A stretch of DNA of 64,000 nucleotides, taken from assembly GCA_047495785.1 (NCBI GenBank), contig JBLDXI010000057.1:171583-235582 (forward strand). Direction: 5' to 3'. Positions 61,540-64,000 of this stretch are shown here, piece after piece. Numbering within the stretch: the first letter of the stretch is position 1; each line of letters starts with the position of its first letter. This DNA is from Lepidodermella squamata (taxonomy: Eukaryota; Animalia; Gastrotricha). The notes below the pieces were generated by a model. The model saw only the letters and a program-made list of their open reading frames with translations. It was not told where the DNA came from and searched no databases. The translations under genes were made by a program, and so were the position numbers.

Positions 61540-63163
61540 CCCTTTCTGCCATCTGATACAATTCTCGTAATATACGGTTAGAGGTTAGCTTATTTCCAAG
61601 AGTTGACATGCTTTGGAATTAATTAGCCGCAGGTGACAGACTTAGAGTTAAGGTTCCCTACTTGGGGTATTACAAAACCAGGTTTGGCGCTTTAGGGTTA
61701 AGGTTAAGGTTCGCTGTTCTCTGATCATGCTTTTATTAACACAACTTATCTAGTTAGTTAAGGTCATCTCGTTTAGCATTTGGAGAAATTCGATCTGTTG
61801 TTGTTCATCATATCCCTTGAAGTGTCTTATCTCTGTCGCGTGATGAGACATCTAATCTTCGAACTCTAAGGTTCATACACATAGATGACAGGTCAAGAGG
61901 CCCTACCTTTGCTACAACAAGCTTGTAAAATATCTTGTTACCGATACGGGGAAGCTGAAACAGCCGTTGAGTATGGAGTGAATCCATACCAGTCACAATT
62001 CCCTGTGCGTACACAGTCATTACTTCGTTCATGATCGTAATGAGTTTTAAGGTCACACTATGGGTTGTTCCCGGGATTTTGATATCAACAAACCATAAAT
62101 GCAACGCAAACTCAGGCCACTACTTATCCACATATGGATTACATGAGAGAATTGATGACTGCCACTGACTAGCTAGTGTCCTAATTGTTCATCCCATATC
62201 GATCGATATAAATAGGGTAAATACAACCCGAAGAGGCTCCATGTCATCGAAGTAAACCGAGTATGATTGAGTTCTGATGGAGGATTGTTAACGAAACGAC
62301 CATTAAGTTGGTCAGGTATAATAAATGAGCCAAACTGACACCGCACGTACGGCACAAGCAAATTGTTAGGGTTAGTTTAGGGAAAATACCAGACAGGTAG
62401 CCTAAGCAACCCCGGCAAGGAGGCTCTAGTGCAGCCCAGCTCAAATAAAATACCGTAATCCTTGATCGAGGCTTAGAGGAGGTTCAGTATTGGTTGAACT
62501 GTGGTATCAACAGTTCCGTAGAGTAGACAAGGGTCTTTCAATGTATGTAAACAGATCATCTCCAGGTTGAGGTTCCCGAACCCTAAGTGGTTCAAGCTCA
62601 GACAAAAATGGCGTGTGCACCATAACTCAGTCAGAGGAACGCCTGTTCAGGATCAGCGCTCCTTTCGTTGGGAAATCGTCACCCGAGAGCACGCCAGGAA
62701 GAGCGACACCCGAACCTTAAGTAACCCTGTAGCATTTCACAGATTACTCCCGGTCCATCCTGCAACCTAAGCCAAGGATGACATTCCAGAAGCTCAAGTT
62801 ATTCCAAAAGGTGAACCCTAACTGATGTTGGGCTCGATTTGTGATCTCCCTGTGTCTGAGATCACGATGACCCCCAAGTTATTTAGGGTTGGAAGGCTTG
62901 AAGTCATCCTGCAAGCTGAGATGCCACCCTAGTAGCGGGAAGCGTAATTCCAGATGCCACCCATTGGAGGGAAGCCAACAACGCAATGCCACCCATTAGA
63001 GGGAAGCCAATATCACAATGCCACCCTTGCGGGAAGCCTTTTTCGCCTTGCCACCCGTAAAGGGAAGCACTTGGTAATGTGGTGGAAAAGAGCAGTACTC
63101 GACAATTGCGATTGTCGCATATTCCTAGGAAAAGTAGGAAATAAAGTTATTGATGTCAAGCAA

Positions 63164-63216
63164 CGCCCATAGTGTCAGACCGGTTTCGCCTGTGGGCAGC
63201 AGGCTCATCAGTGACT
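63164..63216 (-). ncRNA. Hammerhead ribozyme (D2)
   Basis: Same sequence as in D1. Confidence 0.93.
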
Positions 63217-64000
63217 CTAGTTGCTTAGACCAAAATCCGCTCGAATGAAGAAAACGCTCCGAAATACGGCCTTATATACCGCGATCTCTTCCGCTATTAC
63301 AACATACGTGCCACGTGGCTTTGGCGCGAAAACCCTTTCTGCCATCTGATACAATTCTCGTAATATACGGTTAGAGGTTAGCTTATTTCCAAGAGTTGAC
63401 ATGCTTTGGAATTAATTAGCCGCAGGTGACAGACTTAGAGTTAAGGTTCCCTACTTGGGGTATTACAAAACCAGGTTTGGCGCTTTAGGGTTAAGGTTAA
63501 GGTTCGCTGTTCTCTGATCATGCTTTTATTAACACAACTTATCTAGTTAGTTAAGGTCATCTCGTTTAGCATTTGGAGAAATTCGATCTGTTGTTGTTCA
63601 TCATATCCCTTGAAGTGTCTTATCTCTGTCGCGTGATGAGACATCTAATCTTCGAACTCTAAGGTTCATACACATAGATGACAGGTCAAGAGGCCCTACC
63701 TTTGCTACAACAAGCTTGTAAAATATCTTGTTACCGATACGGGGAAGCTGAAACAGCCGTTGAGTATGGAGTGAATCCATACCAGTCACAATTCCCTGTG
63801 CGTACACAGTCATTACTTCGTTCATGATCGTAATGAGTTTTAAGGTCACACTATGGGTTGTTCCCGGGATTTTGATATCAACAAACCATAAATGCAACGC
63901 AAACTCAGGCCACTACTTATCCACATATGGATTACATGAGAGAATTGATGACTGCCACTGACTAGCTAGTGTCCTAATTGTTCATCCCACTCTCACGAGA

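Larger units (their letters stand above)
60572..63989 (-). mobile_element. Family D non-autonomous, RT-less hammerhead retroelement, partial tandem (D1 60572-62364, D2 62365-63989)
   Basis: Direct repeat with offset 1793; shares leader, priming tract, adjacent element, hairpin array, hammerhead and promoter block with C; no RT motifs. Confidence 0.88.

Overview
Animal (Cys-loop receptor genes, short GT-AG introns) subtelomere-like region. The G-rich TTAGGG strand is +, so the chromosome end lies to the right. Bases 1-26 kb are compact host genes: a coiled-coil protein, three paralogous orphan Cys-loop channels, a P4-ATPase flippase, a secretory cyclophilin, a two-domain Ly6/uPAR-like membrane protein and one Mutator-like MITE. 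From about 26.1 kb the sequence is a chain of modules separated by (TTAGGG)n tracts. After an unexplained 4-kb segment come three families of endonuclease-less Penelope-like retroelements (A, unit 4810 bp; B, 6173 bp; C, 5889 bp) and an RT-less 1793-bp satellite family (D). All are antisense with the 5' end distal, and all are partial tandems (1.26-1.96 units) starting at an internal telomere-complementary tract. Every unit carries a hammerhead ribozyme. B, C and D also share an E2F/TATA promoter-like block, a short-hairpin array and a conserved structured element next to the priming tract. The most striking result is that in both B and C the RT lies inside a predicted 2.2-kb phase-1 intron with its own poly(A) signal. 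One locus would then yield either an N-domain+ZnF+RT protein (944 aa) or a spliced N-domain+C2H2-ZnF protein (614/643 aa). All calls were made by eye; no searches or folding were run.
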